A stretch of DNA of 64,000 nucleotides from the NCBI GenBank assembly GCA_902592365.1, contig CACJEH010000001.1, positions 29,101 through 93,100 on the forward strand, written 5' to 3'. Below are positions 20,988-31,239 of this stretch, piece after piece. How positions within the stretch are numbered: the first letter of the stretch is position 1; each line of letters opens with the position of its first letter. Under the pieces are notes generated by a model, which saw nothing but the letters and a program-made list of their open reading frames with translations, was not told where the DNA came from and searched no databases. Made by a program: the position numbers and the translations under genes. This DNA is from an uncultured Alphaproteobacteria bacterium (GTDB taxonomy: Bacteria; Pseudomonadota; Alphaproteobacteria; HIMB59).

Positions 20988-21869
20988 TTAATTTTTAGTT
21001 AGATATTTTTTGATAAATTGTCCGTAATCAGATTTAATTAATTTTTCTGCAATATCATTTAGATTGCTTTTGTTTATAAATCCTTGTTCGTACGAGGCTA
21101 TTTCATAAGAGCCAATTTTTACATCATTATTTTGCTCATATAATTTTACTTTATGTGCTGCCTCTAGTAAAGCATTTGCATTTCCAGTATCGTGCCAAAC
21201 AATTGACTCATCTAGAATTTCTAAAGCAAGTTTTTTTTCTAATAAATATATTTTAATTAAATCAGTTATTTCTAATTCGCCTCTGTTTGATGATTTGAGA
21301 GTTTTTGCAAATTTTGAAGCCTCAGAGTCAAAAAAATATAAACCAGGAATGATCAAATTACTTTTTGGCTTTGAAGGTTTTTCCTCAATACCAACAATAT
21401 TTTTATTGTTATCCAATTCAATAACACCAAATTTTTCTGGATCTGGAACTGGCAATCCAAATACACATCCACCGTTCTCTTGCATCTTCAGAAGAGCAGA
21501 ATTTGCATAATCAAGATAATTTTTTCCAAGAAAAACATTATCACTTAAAGCTAAAACTGATGGACTGCCATCTAAATATTTTTCAGCAATAAAGTAAGCA
21601 TCTGCAATCCCCCTTTGAATTTTTTGGATTTCATACGAAAAATTTAGACCAACCTCTGAACCTGTTCCAAATGTTTTTTTGAATATTGAAAGGTCGTCCT
21701 CTTTGACAATAAATAATATATCGTTAATTCCTAATCTTACTAAAGTTTCAATTGGGTAATAAATCATGGGTTTATCATAAAGAGGTAATAAAGGTTTTGA
21801 CGTAGGTATTGTTGCGGGCATTAATCTTGTACCCTTACCAGCAGCAAGAATAATACCTTTAGTTTTCAT
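20988..21869 (-). CDS. rfbA: Glucose-1-phosphate thymidylyltransferase
   Basis: GIILAAGKGTRL.P.T...SK.LLP.YDKPMIYYP, EEKP, RGELEITD, W.DTG. Confidence 0.9.
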   Translation of the reverse strand: MKTKGIILAAGKGTRLMPATIPTSKPLLPLYDKPMIYYPIETLVRLGINDILFIVKEDDLSIFKKTFGTGSEVGLNFSYEIQKIQRGIADAYFIAEKYLDGSPSVLALSDNVFLGKNYLDYANSALLKMQENGGCVFGLPVPDPEKFGVIELDNNKNIVGIEEKPSKPKSNLIIPGLYFFDSEASKFAKTLKSSNRGELEITDLIKIYLLEKKLALEILDESIVWHDTGNANALLEAAHKVKLYEQNNDVKIGSYEIASYEQGFINKSNLNDIAEKLIKSDYGQFIKKYLTKN

Positions 21870-22342
21870 ATCCAGCCAAATGACTTAACAAGAAATACTA
21901 TTGGAATAATCATACATATAAATGTAATTAAAATTATATTTAGTTTTGTGCTATCTCTAACAGAGCTTATAAGGTCTCTATGAGAAATAAAATTTATTAA
22001 TTTATTTTGATCATCTACTACTGGTAAATGTCTTATGTTATTTTCCCCCATAATTTTTATTGCAATTTCTGAGGAGGTTTTTAAGTCTACAGTTATAATT
22101 TCTGATGTCATAATATCTGATGCTGTGACTAAATCTGGATCTCTACCATCTTTGACACATTTTCTGACTATGTCTCTTTCTGAAACAACACCAAGTAATG
22201 TTTTTTGTTCATTCAATATAGGAACGGCACCTATATTTTTTATATCCATACTATCTGCTATTTCGCTTACTATAGACTCTGGACCAAAAGATATATATTC
22301 ATCATTAAGCCTAATCTTTTTAATGTCCTTAATACTTGGCAT
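21866..22342 (-). CDS. CBS-pair protein with a C-terminal TM helix
   Basis: IGAVP, GVVSERD and IRHLPVV; hydrophobic C-terminus; ATGA overlap with rfbA. Confidence 0.8.
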   Translation of the reverse strand: MPSIKDIKKIRLNDEYISFGPESIVSEIADSMDIKNIGAVPILNEQKTLLGVVSERDIVRKCVKDGRDPDLVTASDIMTSEIITVDLKTSSEIAIKIMGENNIRHLPVVDDQNKLINFISHRDLISSVRDSTKLNIILITFICMIIPIVFLVKSFGWI

Positions 22343-22430
22343 TAACCCATTATATAGGTATAGGAGGATTTAAATAAATTAAGCGTATTGAAGCACTTTT
22401 AAGTCTTCAAAAACTATAATTTTTCGCATA

Positions 22431-23441
22431 TTGTTGATTAAAATAATGTTTAGATTTTTTAACTCAAAAAAATGGTTTTTATGGGCGTGGGCTGGCTCAG
22501 CAGCTATATTGGGTAGTCTTTGGGTTCAAGTAGAAATTGATGTTAGGATCAATGAGTGGTTTGGTACTTTTTATGACATGATTCAAAAAGCTCTTGCTGA
22601 ACCAAATTCAATTACGATTGAAGAATACTGGGCAGGCTTACTTTCTTTTATAACGCTTGCTGGAATATATGTTGCAATTGCCGTTTTGGTAAGTTTTTTT
22701 ACTGCACATTTTCTATTTAGGTGGAGAACTGCAATGGTTGAGTGGTATCACAGTGTTTATAACTACGCGCGCACTATTGAAGGTGCTGCTCAGAGAGTGC
22801 AAGAGGACACCATTAAGTTTGGTAGAATTATGGAGGGATTAGGAACAAGTTTAATAGAGTCTGTTATGATAATTGTTCAATTTTTACCAATTTTGTTAGG
22901 TTTAAGCGCTGGGATTCCAATATTCTTTTTTGGAGATTGGGAGTATGGTTTAGTTGTTGGTGCTTTAATTTGGTCAGTTGGTGGAACAGTTTTTTTAATT
23001 CTTCTTGGAATAATTCTACGCCTTGTAGGTGTAGAATATGATTTACAAAAACAAGAAGCGGCTTATCGTAAAGTTTTAGTCATTGCTGAGGATGATGAAA
23101 CCGTTCGCCCTAAGACGATAGAAGAACTATTTGATGACGTAAGAAAAATTCATTTTTTATCATATATAAGATACTTATATTTTAATATTGGCAGAATAGC
23201 ATACCTACAAGCTAATGTTTTAAGTGCTTATGTATTTTTAGCACCTGCTATTGTAGCTGGAATTATCACTCTTGGTGTTATGCAACAAATTATTCGTGCT
23301 TTTGGAAGGGTTGAGGGATCTATGCAATATTTATTAAAGTCCTGGCCAACGATTATTGAGTTAGCGAGTGTATATAAAAGACTTAGAGAATTTGAAAGAA
23401 GACTTAAAGCTACTGCAGATACTGCCAAGGTGTCTGAATAA
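22431..23441 (+). CDS. SbmA/BacA-like peptide transporter
   Basis: INEW...FYD, FRWRTAM, IEGAAQRVQEDT, EAAYRK.LV..ED, W.TI.EL.S.YKRL. Confidence 0.85.
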   Translation: MLIKIMFRFFNSKKWFLWAWAGSAAILGSLWVQVEIDVRINEWFGTFYDMIQKALAEPNSITIEEYWAGLLSFITLAGIYVAIAVLVSFFTAHFLFRWRTAMVEWYHSVYNYARTIEGAAQRVQEDTIKFGRIMEGLGTSLIESVMIIVQFLPILLGLSAGIPIFFFGDWEYGLVVGALIWSVGGTVFLILLGIILRLVGVEYDLQKQEAAYRKVLVIAEDDETVRPKTIEELFDDVRKIHFLSYIRYLYFNIGRIAYLQANVLSAYVFLAPAIVAGIITLGVMQQIIRAFGRVEGSMQYLLKSWPTIIELASVYKRLREFERRLKATADTAKVSE

Positions 23442-23550
23442 ATATCTTTGACATCACGTAAACAGAGCTCAAAGTAATTAGAATAATAATTATCCATACC
23501 CACCTATTTTTCTTGTCATAGTTTTCGCCATTCTTATTAGGATCAACCAT
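23410..23550 (-). CDS. 46-aa single-TM small protein
   Basis: MVDPNKNGENYDKKNRWVWIIIILITLSSVYVMSKIFIQTPWQYLQ; fills the gap downstream of the GNAT gene. Confidence 0.5.
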   Translation of the reverse strand: MVDPNKNGENYDKKNRWVWIIIILITLSSVYVMSKIFIQTPWQYLQ

Positions 23551-23585
23551 AATAATTAAATATAATATTAAATAATCAAAATCAA

Positions 23586-24011
23586 TTAGGCTTTTTTGAA
23601 ATATCTTGTTCTATTAACAACGGTATAATTTTTAAAAAGCTTCTGAGCAAGTAAATTACTTTTTTCTACACCATTTATAATAAGGTCGAGTTTTTGATCT
23701 TTAGCTATTTCCTCTAGTTTGTTCATTAAAGATCTTGCAACACCAATTTTTCTAAAATCTGGCAAAACGTAAAGTACATCTAATAAAATATTTTTCTCAA
23801 AATAAGTCTCATTAATTTTTGCAACAACAATACCCATAAATTTGTCTGCATTTTTTGCCGCAAATGCAAAATAATCATCTTGAAATATATTCGACCAAAA
23901 TAGGTTGAAATTAACCTCTTCAAATTGAAAAGAATTTGATGACGCACTCTCATTTATAATTTCTTTCCAGCTCTTAAGATGAATTTCTTTTGGTTTTTCT
24001 ATTGTAAACAT
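23586..24011 (-). CDS. GNAT family acetyltransferase
   Basis: LYVLPDFRKIGVARSLM acetyl-CoA motif; N..AQKL. Confidence 0.8.
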   Translation of the reverse strand: MFTIEKPKEIHLKSWKEIINESASSNSFQFEEVNFNLFWSNIFQDDYFAFAAKNADKFMGIVVAKINETYFEKNILLDVLYVLPDFRKIGVARSLMNKLEEIAKDQKLDLIINGVEKSNLLAQKLFKNYTVVNRTRYFKKA

Positions 24012-24067
24012 TCGCCTATCAATTTAACAATTAATTTTGTTTATTTACACGAATAATTAATTATAGA

Positions 24068-24102
24068 CTTGATCTTGATAGGATAAGCCTTATTTCTATA
24101 AT
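24068..24102 (+). promoter_or_regulatory. Overlapping putative sigma-32 and sigma-70 promoters of cysE
   Basis: CTTG-N17-CTTATTT (24068-24095) and TTGATA-N16-TATAAT (24075-24102). Confidence 0.45.
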
Positions 24103-24111
24103 AAAATATTT

Positions 24112-24696
24112 ATGTATGAAAATTTAAAAAAATATATCGAGTCTATTAAAGCAAGAGATCCTGCTGCAACTTCGTTATTGCTCGTAATTTTAACTTACCC
24201 TGGGGTTAAAGCGTTGTTTTTTCACAGAATAGCAAATTTCATTTGGGGGCTTAATTTAAAAATTTTAGGAAGAATGATTTCCCAATTATCAAGATTTTTA
24301 ACTGGAATAGAAATTCATCCTGCTGCAAAAATAGGGAAGAATTTTTTTATAGATCATGGAATGGGTGTTGTAATTGGAGAGACTGCTGAAATTGGAAATA
24401 ATGTCACTATTTATCACGGTGTGACATTGGGTGGAATATCACCTGCTATCAAAGCTTCAGAACAAGTTGGTTTAAAAAGACACCCTACTCTTGAAGATGA
24501 TGTCATCGTAGGATCTGGTGCACAGATATTAGGTCCTGTTTTAATAAAGAGTTGTGCACGAATTGGCTCAAATGCAGTTGTTACAAAAGACGTACCTAAA
24601 GGTGGAATAATGGTTGGCGTCCCTGCTAAAAATATTAATTCAGGTAACAAAAAAACAGACTCTTCATTTAAACCATACGCTGTGACTAAAAAATAA
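24112..24696 (+). CDS. cysE: Serine O-acetyltransferase
   Basis: [32 protein letters not shown] hexapeptide repeats. Confidence 0.95.
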   Translation: MYENLKKYIESIKARDPAATSLLLVILTYPGVKALFFHRIANFIWGLNLKILGRMISQLSRFLTGIEIHPAAKIGKNFFIDHGMGVVIGETAEIGNNVTIYHGVTLGGISPAIKASEQVGLKRHPTLEDDVIVGSGAQILGPVLIKSCARIGSNAVVTKDVPKGGIMVGVPAKNINSGNKKTDSSFKPYAVTKK

Positions 24697-24707
24697 AATA
24701 ATTTAAT

Positions 24708-25697
24708 TCAAATTAATTCAATCCGACTCATGAGTTCATCAGATATGAAAATGTCCTTATTAACATTTTCATTAAATTTACTCAAACGTTTTGAGCCAGG
24801 AAGCCTTGATCCCTCTTGAGTTTTGATAGAATTAACAAGTTCTTCTAAATATGAATCATAATCTGAATTAAATTTTTTTGGATTAATAGCTATAAAAAAT
24901 TGACCTGTGGATGGAGGACCTCCATCCTCACCTGCAAATGAAGAGGCTCTTGTCCCTAAATTTCCTCCTGCAACACAAGAAGCTAATATTTCAACCATTA
25001 AACCCGCACCAAAACCTTTATATCCTCCTGTGGGAGCCATAGTCCCTTTAAGAGCATCTTTAGCGTTTGTTGTAACATTGCCATCTTTATCGAATGCCCA
25101 TCCCTCAGGAATTGGTTCATCTAGTTTTGCTCTTACAGAAATTTCACTTTTTGCAACCACACTGGCTGATTGATCAATAATAATTAAAACCTCTCCATTT
25201 TGAGGAGCGGCTATTGAATAAGGATTAGTTCCTATCACTGGCTTAGTGCTTCCAATAGGAGCAATGGAAGCTGGTGCATTAGTGAAACCTATTCCAATTA
25301 AATTTTTCTCTGCAATTCTTTTGGTATGAAAGCCAAGAACTCCGCAATTATATGAATTGTTAACAGACATACATGATATACCCTCATTTTTACTCATTTC
25401 ACATAAAAGCTTAAGTCCCATATTAATAGCAGTGTGAGCAAAACCATTATCTGCATTTACCTTGATTGACGAGCTAGAAATTTGCTCCAGTTTTGGTGAG
25501 GCATTGCCGTTAATCTTACCTATTCTTAAATGATTGCAATATACGGGTAAATAGTGAAAACCATGACTTTTTATTCCACTGAACTCTGCGTCAAGTATTC
25601 CATCAATAATTCCTAGGCTATTTTCCTTAATACATCCTGATTTTATTAGCTTTTTAGAGGCGAGGCTTTGAGCTTGAGATTTATTTAAATAAGGCAT
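24708..25697 (-). CDS. Ldh-2 family oxidoreductase (ComC/DpkA-like)
   Basis: G..SHG, GTNP, DQSASVVA, P.GWA.D..G..T, GGYKG.G, RLPG. Confidence 0.88.
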   Translation of the reverse strand: MPYLNKSQAQSLASKKLIKSGCIKENSLGIIDGILDAEFSGIKSHGFHYLPVYCNHLRIGKINGNASPKLEQISSSSIKVNADNGFAHTAINMGLKLLCEMSKNEGISCMSVNNSYNCGVLGFHTKRIAEKNLIGIGFTNAPASIAPIGSTKPVIGTNPYSIAAPQNGEVLIIIDQSASVVAKSEISVRAKLDEPIPEGWAFDKDGNVTTNAKDALKGTMAPTGGYKGFGAGLMVEILASCVAGGNLGTRASSFAGEDGGPPSTGQFFIAINPKKFNSDYDSYLEELVNSIKTQEGSRLPGSKRLSKFNENVNKDIFISDELMSRIELI

Positions 25698-25833
25698 TTA
25701 TAAAATTAGATAGGTTTATTATTTGTAATCAAGTTAATTAAAAAAAGTACGACAAATAAACATTATAAATAATTTGCATGATATGGAACTAAATGTTTAA
25801 CTGTTACATAGATATATCTAAAAAGGAGGAAAT

Positions 25834-26838
25834 ATGTCAATATTTCGTATATTTACTACTATTTTCCTTGCATTAGGGATAACATCTATCTCTAGTAGTG
25901 CTAAGGCAAGTTGTGGTGATGTAACAATTGCAGAGATGAACTGGGCTTCTGCTCAGGTTATTGCTCACATCGATGCGACCATACTCGAGTATGGCTATGG
26001 ATGTGATGTTGAATTAATTCCTGGTGATACAATGCCTACATCTACATCTCTTATTGAGAAAGGTGAGCCATCAATCGCTCCTGAGCTGTGGTCTCAAAAC
26101 CTAAAGCAAGTTTTAGATCCAGCTGAAGCTGAAGGTCTTATCAAAAACGTAGGTAAAGTATTTGAAAATGGTGGAGAAGAAGGTTTTTTTATCCCAACTT
26201 ACATTGCAGAAGCTAATGGTATCGTCACTATTGAAGATGCTCTTGCAAGACCTGATTTATTCCCACACCCTGAAGACTCAAGCGTAGCTGGTTTCTACGG
26301 TTGTCCTGCAGGTTGGAACTGTCAGATCACCACTACACAAATGTTTAAAGCTTATGGTATGGCTGATGCTGGTTTTGAATTTATTGATCCAGGTTCAGGT
26401 GGAGCTCTTGCAGGTGCGATGGGTGAAGCATACAATAAAGGTGAAGGTTGGATGGGCTACTACTGGGGTCCAACAGCTATCCTTGGTAAGTATGACATGA
26501 CTAAGCTTGATGAAGGCGTTGATCATAATTATGAAACTTGGATTTCTGAGATCAATGACTTAGAAGTAGCAGCTCCAGGTAAAAATAGATATCCTGCATC
26601 TACTGTTGAAACCTATGTTGGTTCAGACATGCTCGATAATTATGTGGTAATGAACTATCTTGAAAAGAGAAGTTTTCCAAATACATTATTATCACAAATG
26701 TTAGCATGGAAAGATGGCGAACAAGCTGAAGCTTCAGAGGCTGCTGAACACTTCTTATTAGAAAATGAAGATGTTTGGAAGAACTGGACTTCTGCAGATG
26801 CCAGAATAGCTATTAAAAAAGAACTAGGAATGATGTAA
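25834..26838 (+). CDS. Glycine betaine/proline-type ABC transporter substrate-binding protein
   Basis: Signal peptide; CG.VTIAEMNWASA, PELW, CPAGWNC, GYYWGPT; strong AGGAGG RBS. Confidence 0.9.
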   Translation: MSIFRIFTTIFLALGITSISSSAKASCGDVTIAEMNWASAQVIAHIDATILEYGYGCDVELIPGDTMPTSTSLIEKGEPSIAPELWSQNLKQVLDPAEAEGLIKNVGKVFENGGEEGFFIPTYIAEANGIVTIEDALARPDLFPHPEDSSVAGFYGCPAGWNCQITTTQMFKAYGMADAGFEFIDPGSGGALAGAMGEAYNKGEGWMGYYWGPTAILGKYDMTKLDEGVDHNYETWISEINDLEVAAPGKNRYPASTVETYVGSDMLDNYVVMNYLEKRSFPNTLLSQMLAWKDGEQAEASEAAEHFLLENEDVWKNWTSADARIAIKKELGMM

Positions 26839-26851
26839 ATCATTTAAATTT

Positions 26852-26884
26852 AACCCCCCTTAATTATTTAAGGGGGGTTTTTTT
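26852..26884 (+). terminator. Intra-operon hairpin with U-tract after the SBP gene
   Basis: AACCCCCCTTAA-ttat-TTAAGGGGGGTT followed by a T run. Confidence 0.8.
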
Positions 26885-26907
26885 AATAACAAATACCTTT
26901 TATTTTA

Positions 26908-27798
26908 ATGTCTAATTTTTTCACTGAGTTTCCTGAAATGCCTAAAGCCACTTATCGTGGTATGAAAAAGGCAATTGATGCTGGATATAAAGATTTTGCA
27001 AGAGAATGGGGAGATACAATTGATGCTATTTTCAACCCATTATTAAAATTATTAGTTTTTTTTGAAGATTTATTAATTGCCACACCATGGCCCATTTTCA
27101 TGATTGTCTTAATGGCTCTCACCTATTGGGGAAGTAGAAGTATAAAATTATGTGTTTCTACTTTTCTAGCTTTTGTATTTATTGGTTACTTCCAAATGTG
27201 GGAGGAAACTATGAGCACGATAGCTATTATTCTCACATCTGTGATTATGGCTGTAGTAATTGGTCTTCCAACAGGTATCGCAATGTCTCGTTCTGATCGC
27301 ACTGAAAAAATAGTCACTCCAATATTAGACGTTATGCAAACAATGCCCCCATTTGTTTACCTTATTCCTATTGTTATGCTAATGGGTATTGGAAAAATAC
27401 CTGGCCTTATATCTGTTGTTATCTATGCTATACCTCCTCTCATAAGACTAACTAACCTTGGAATAAGAGAAGTAGATCAAGAAGCACTTGAAGCAGCTGA
27501 TGCTTTTGGAGCAACAAAAAGGCAAAAATTATTTGAAGTTCAGCTTCCCTTGGCCTTACCAACTATTTTTGCAGGAATTAATCAAACGATTATGATGGCA
27601 CTTGCTATGGTTATAATTGCTTCGATGATTGGCGTCAAAGGACTAGGTCAACCTGTGCTACAATCAATTTATAATCAATACTTTACTAAAGGAGTATTAT
27701 ATGGGTTGGCAATTGTAATCGTTGCGATTGTTTTCGATCGAGTCTCTCAATCATATGGAAAGCGTATTCAAAAGCATCGCTCTGGAAAACTTATCTAA
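26908..27798 (+). CDS. Betaine-type ABC permease (ProW-like)
   Basis: LDVMQTMPPFVYLIP, EAADAFGA, GINQTIMMAL. Confidence 0.92.
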   Translation: MSNFFTEFPEMPKATYRGMKKAIDAGYKDFAREWGDTIDAIFNPLLKLLVFFEDLLIATPWPIFMIVLMALTYWGSRSIKLCVSTFLAFVFIGYFQMWEETMSTIAIILTSVIMAVVIGLPTGIAMSRSDRTEKIVTPILDVMQTMPPFVYLIPIVMLMGIGKIPGLISVVIYAIPPLIRLTNLGIREVDQEALEAADAFGATKRQKLFEVQLPLALPTIFAGINQTIMMALAMVIIASMIGVKGLGQPVLQSIYNQYFTKGVLYGLAIVIVAIVFDRVSQSYGKRIQKHRSGKLI

Positions 27799-28820
27799 TG
27801 CCTGAGGCAAAGATTAAAATTAAAAACCTATATAAAATTTTTGGTAAAAACCCAACATCGGCTATGGAACATGTCAAAAATGGAGTTGGTAAGAATGAGC
27901 TTTTAGAAAAACATAATCATGTTTTAGGTCTTAAAGATATAAACTTAGACATAGAGGAAAAATCAATTCAAGTAGTAATGGGTTTATCTGGCTCTGGTAA
28001 GTCTACTTTAATTCGTCACATAAATCGTTTAATTGAGCCGACTGATGGAAGCGTGACCATTGATGGCTCAGAAGTTTTAAAAATGAATGAAGAAGAACTA
28101 AGAAATTTTAGAAGAAGTAAAACTGCTATGGTTTTTCAAAGATTTGCCTTACTTCCTCATAAAACCGTTTTGCAAAATACTATTTTTGGACTACACATCC
28201 AAAATATCAATGAAGAGGAAGCCAAAAAAAAGGCTCTTAGATGGATTGAAAGAGTAGGTTTGTCTGGATATGAAGATAAATATCCTCAACACCTATCAGG
28301 AGGAATGCAACAACGTGTTGGATTAGCTAGAGCTTTAACTAACGATGGAGACATACTTTTAATGGATGAAGCTTTTAGTGCTCTTGATCCTTTAATTCGA
28401 AAAGATATGCAAGATATTCTATTGGAACTTCAAGATGAATTACATAAAACTGTTGTATTTATTACTCATGACCTTGATGAAGCTCTTAAGATTGGTGATC
28501 GTATCGCTATCCTAAAAGATGGCATAATGGATCAAGAAGGTATTCCTGCTGAGATATTACTTAATCCACAAACTAAGTATGTTAAAGACTTTGTTGAAGA
28601 TGTTAATAGGGCTAGAGTGATTAAAGCCAAACATATAATGGACAAGCTTAATGGACAAGATATTAGTAAAGCAATGCCCGTTAACCAAGATGAATTTATT
28701 GATAGATTTATCGATAAAGTTATTTCTGAAAAACCAGAAGATCTTGTAATTCAAGATAAAGATAAAAATAATGTTGGTTTCTTATCTACGAAAAAACTCT
28801 CTGAGATCTTAAAAAGATAA
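27798..28820 (+). CDS. Betaine-type ABC ATPase (ProV-like)
   Basis: MGLSGSGKST, LSGGMQQRVGLARAL, DEAFSALDPLIR. Confidence 0.93.
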   Translation: MPEAKIKIKNLYKIFGKNPTSAMEHVKNGVGKNELLEKHNHVLGLKDINLDIEEKSIQVVMGLSGSGKSTLIRHINRLIEPTDGSVTIDGSEVLKMNEEELRNFRRSKTAMVFQRFALLPHKTVLQNTIFGLHIQNINEEEAKKKALRWIERVGLSGYEDKYPQHLSGGMQQRVGLARALTNDGDILLMDEAFSALDPLIRKDMQDILLELQDELHKTVVFITHDLDEALKIGDRIAILKDGIMDQEGIPAEILLNPQTKYVKDFVEDVNRARVIKAKHIMDKLNGQDISKAMPVNQDEFIDRFIDKVISEKPEDLVIQDKDKNNVGFLSTKKLSEILKR

Positions 28821-28823
28821 TTT

Positions 28824-30263
28824 ATGAAAAAGTCGAACTTTATTGCTGGCCATTGGGTCGAGGGTACTGGTTCAATCAAAAATATTAATCCTTCAGATAC
28901 AGCTGATGTAATATCTGAGTATACCTCAGCCACTGGTGAGCAATTTGAACAAGCAGTTGAGTCAGCAATTATTGCACAAAAGGAATGGGAAGAAGTAGGT
29001 ATTGAAAAAAAATCACAAATATTAATTCGAATTGGAGACGAGTTAATACAAAAATCTGAGGAATTGGGAGAATTATTGTCTCAAGAAGAGGGTAAACCAT
29101 TGGCTGAAGGGATTGGTGAGGTTGCAAGAGCAGGTCAACAATTTCAATATTATGGCTCAGAATGCTTAAGGTTATATGGAGAAAAAATACCATCGACTAG
29201 ACCTGGTTTTCAGGTTGAAATATCTAGAGAACCTCTTGGGGTGGTTGGAATTATATCACCTTGGAATTTTCCAATAGCTATACCTGCATGGAAAGCAGCC
29301 CCTGCAATGATGTGTGGTAATGCTGTAATTTTAAAACCTGCTTCTTTAACAATTGGTAGCGCGGTAGCTTTGACTGAGATAATTTCCAAACAAGATATTC
29401 CCAAAGGTCTTTTTAATTTAGTCTTAGGATCTGGAAGTGATGTTGGTCACAAAATTGCAGTTCACCCTGAAATAGCAGCCATAAGTTTTACTGGTTCAGT
29501 TCAGACTGGAAGACAACTTTATAAAGACGCATCATCAACTATGAAAAAAATGCAAATGGAAATGGGCTCTAAAAATCCTTTGATTATAATGGATGATGCA
29601 GATTTAAAAACTGCTATCACTTGTGCTGTAAATGGAGCTTATGGTGGAACAGGGCAAAAATGCACAGCTTCTTCAAGACTAATAGTTCATGAAAATATTT
29701 ATAAAAAATTTATAGATGGCTTGGTGGAAAATATAAAAAATTTAAAGGTGGGACACGCTTTAGATGAGGGAACGCAAATGGGACCTGTTTCAAGTCAATC
29801 TCAATTTGATTCAAACTTAAAGTATGTCGATATAGGTAAAGGTGAGGCTAAATTAGCTTTTGGAGGTAGCCCTATGAACATGAGAACACCAGGATATTTT
29901 ATGGAACCGACCTTATTTATTGACGGAGATAACAAGTCTCGTATAAATCAGGAAGAAATGTTTGGACCCATTGCATGTGTTATTCCATCAAAAGACTTAG
30001 ATCACGCTTTAGAAATAGCAAATGAAACAGAATTTGGGTTATCCAGTGGGATCATTACTCAATCTCTAGCAAAAGCTGAGTTTTTTAAACAAAATATTAA
30101 ATCTGGTGTAGCGACAATCAATTTACCAACTGCTGGTTTAGATTATCATGTACCTTTTGGAGGAAGAAAAGCGTCAAGTTTTGGTCCTCGCGAACAAGGA
30201 ACATATGCTAGAGAATTTTACTCGCAGGTAAAAACTTCCTACATTAATTCTGGACCAGTATAA
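28824..30263 (+). CDS. Aldehyde dehydrogenase (semialdehyde dehydrogenase-like)
   Basis: PWNFP, FTGS, MEMGSKNP, GQKCTA, EEMFGP. Confidence 0.92.
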   Translation: MKKSNFIAGHWVEGTGSIKNINPSDTADVISEYTSATGEQFEQAVESAIIAQKEWEEVGIEKKSQILIRIGDELIQKSEELGELLSQEEGKPLAEGIGEVARAGQQFQYYGSECLRLYGEKIPSTRPGFQVEISREPLGVVGIISPWNFPIAIPAWKAAPAMMCGNAVILKPASLTIGSAVALTEIISKQDIPKGLFNLVLGSGSDVGHKIAVHPEIAAISFTGSVQTGRQLYKDASSTMKKMQMEMGSKNPLIIMDDADLKTAITCAVNGAYGGTGQKCTASSRLIVHENIYKKFIDGLVENIKNLKVGHALDEGTQMGPVSSQSQFDSNLKYVDIGKGEAKLAFGGSPMNMRTPGYFMEPTLFIDGDNKSRINQEEMFGPIACVIPSKDLDHALEIANETEFGLSSGIITQSLAKAEFFKQNIKSGVATINLPTAGLDYHVPFGGRKASSFGPREQGTYAREFYSQVKTSYINSGPV

Positions 30264-30270
30264 TTTTCAA

Positions 30271-31239
30271 ATGAATTTTCGAGTTGACAATCTTCAGTAT
30301 TGTAACTGGTCAAGGAAAATATTTGAAATCAATCATCAAGCGAAATTGGATGCTGTTCACGCAACTATTTGTTATCACGAGGATTTTGATGAAGTTCTCA
30401 CTAACATAAAAAAGTGGAATACATATTTTAAAAAAAATAAAGATTTAATCTTTCAAGGGAAAAGTTCGAGAGATATAGTTAAAGCTAAACTCGAAAATAA
30501 AACTGCTATTTTTTATGGATTACAGAACTGCTCTCCTATCGAAGATAATATAGATTACGTTGAGTCTTTAAAAGAATTAGGAGTTCTATTTATGCAACTG
30601 ACTTATAATAACCAATCATTACTTGCCACAGGTTGTTACGAGAAACATGATAGTGGCATTACTAGAATGGGGAAAGAGGTTATCAAAGAAATGAATCGAG
30701 TAAATATGATAATTGACATGTCACACTCAGCAGAATTTTCGACATTAGAGGCTATTGATATTTCGGAGCATCCAATTGTTGTAAGTCATGCCAATCCTAT
30801 TTTCTGGCACAAGGGGCTTAGAAATAAATCAGATAACATACTTAAAGCATTGAACGATAGTAAAGGAATGATTGGTTTCTCCCTATATCCACATCATCTT
30901 AAAGATGCATCACAATGTACTCTTAAATCATTTTGTGAGATGATTGCAGAAAGTACAAAAAGAATATCTATTAAACAAATAGGTATTGGCTCAGATCTTT
31001 GTATTCATCACCCTGACAGTATAGTCGAATGGATGAGAAATGGCACCTGGACGAAAACAAAAGATTTTGGTGAGGGAACACCAGATAATGCAGGTTTTCC
31101 TCCTCAGCCATCCTGGTTTGAGGATGCTAGAGGATTTGAAAATCTTCACAGAGGTTTAAGAGACGTTGGCTTTAGTGAAGAAGAGACACACGACATCTTA
31201 GGAAATAATTGGTACAATTTTTATAGAAAGTTTGATTAA
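30271..31239 (+). CDS. Membrane dipeptidase (peptidase M19) family amidohydrolase
   Basis: D.LQY.NW, MQLTYNNQ, DMSHS, SHAN, RNKSD, GIGSD. Confidence 0.88.
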   Translation: MNFRVDNLQYCNWSRKIFEINHQAKLDAVHATICYHEDFDEVLTNIKKWNTYFKKNKDLIFQGKSSRDIVKAKLENKTAIFYGLQNCSPIEDNIDYVESLKELGVLFMQLTYNNQSLLATGCYEKHDSGITRMGKEVIKEMNRVNMIIDMSHSAEFSTLEAIDISEHPIVVSHANPIFWHKGLRNKSDNILKALNDSKGMIGFSLYPHHLKDASQCTLKSFCEMIAESTKRISIKQIGIGSDLCIHHPDSIVEWMRNGTWTKTKDFGEGTPDNAGFPPQPSWFEDARGFENLHRGLRDVGFSEEETHDILGNNWYNFYRKFD

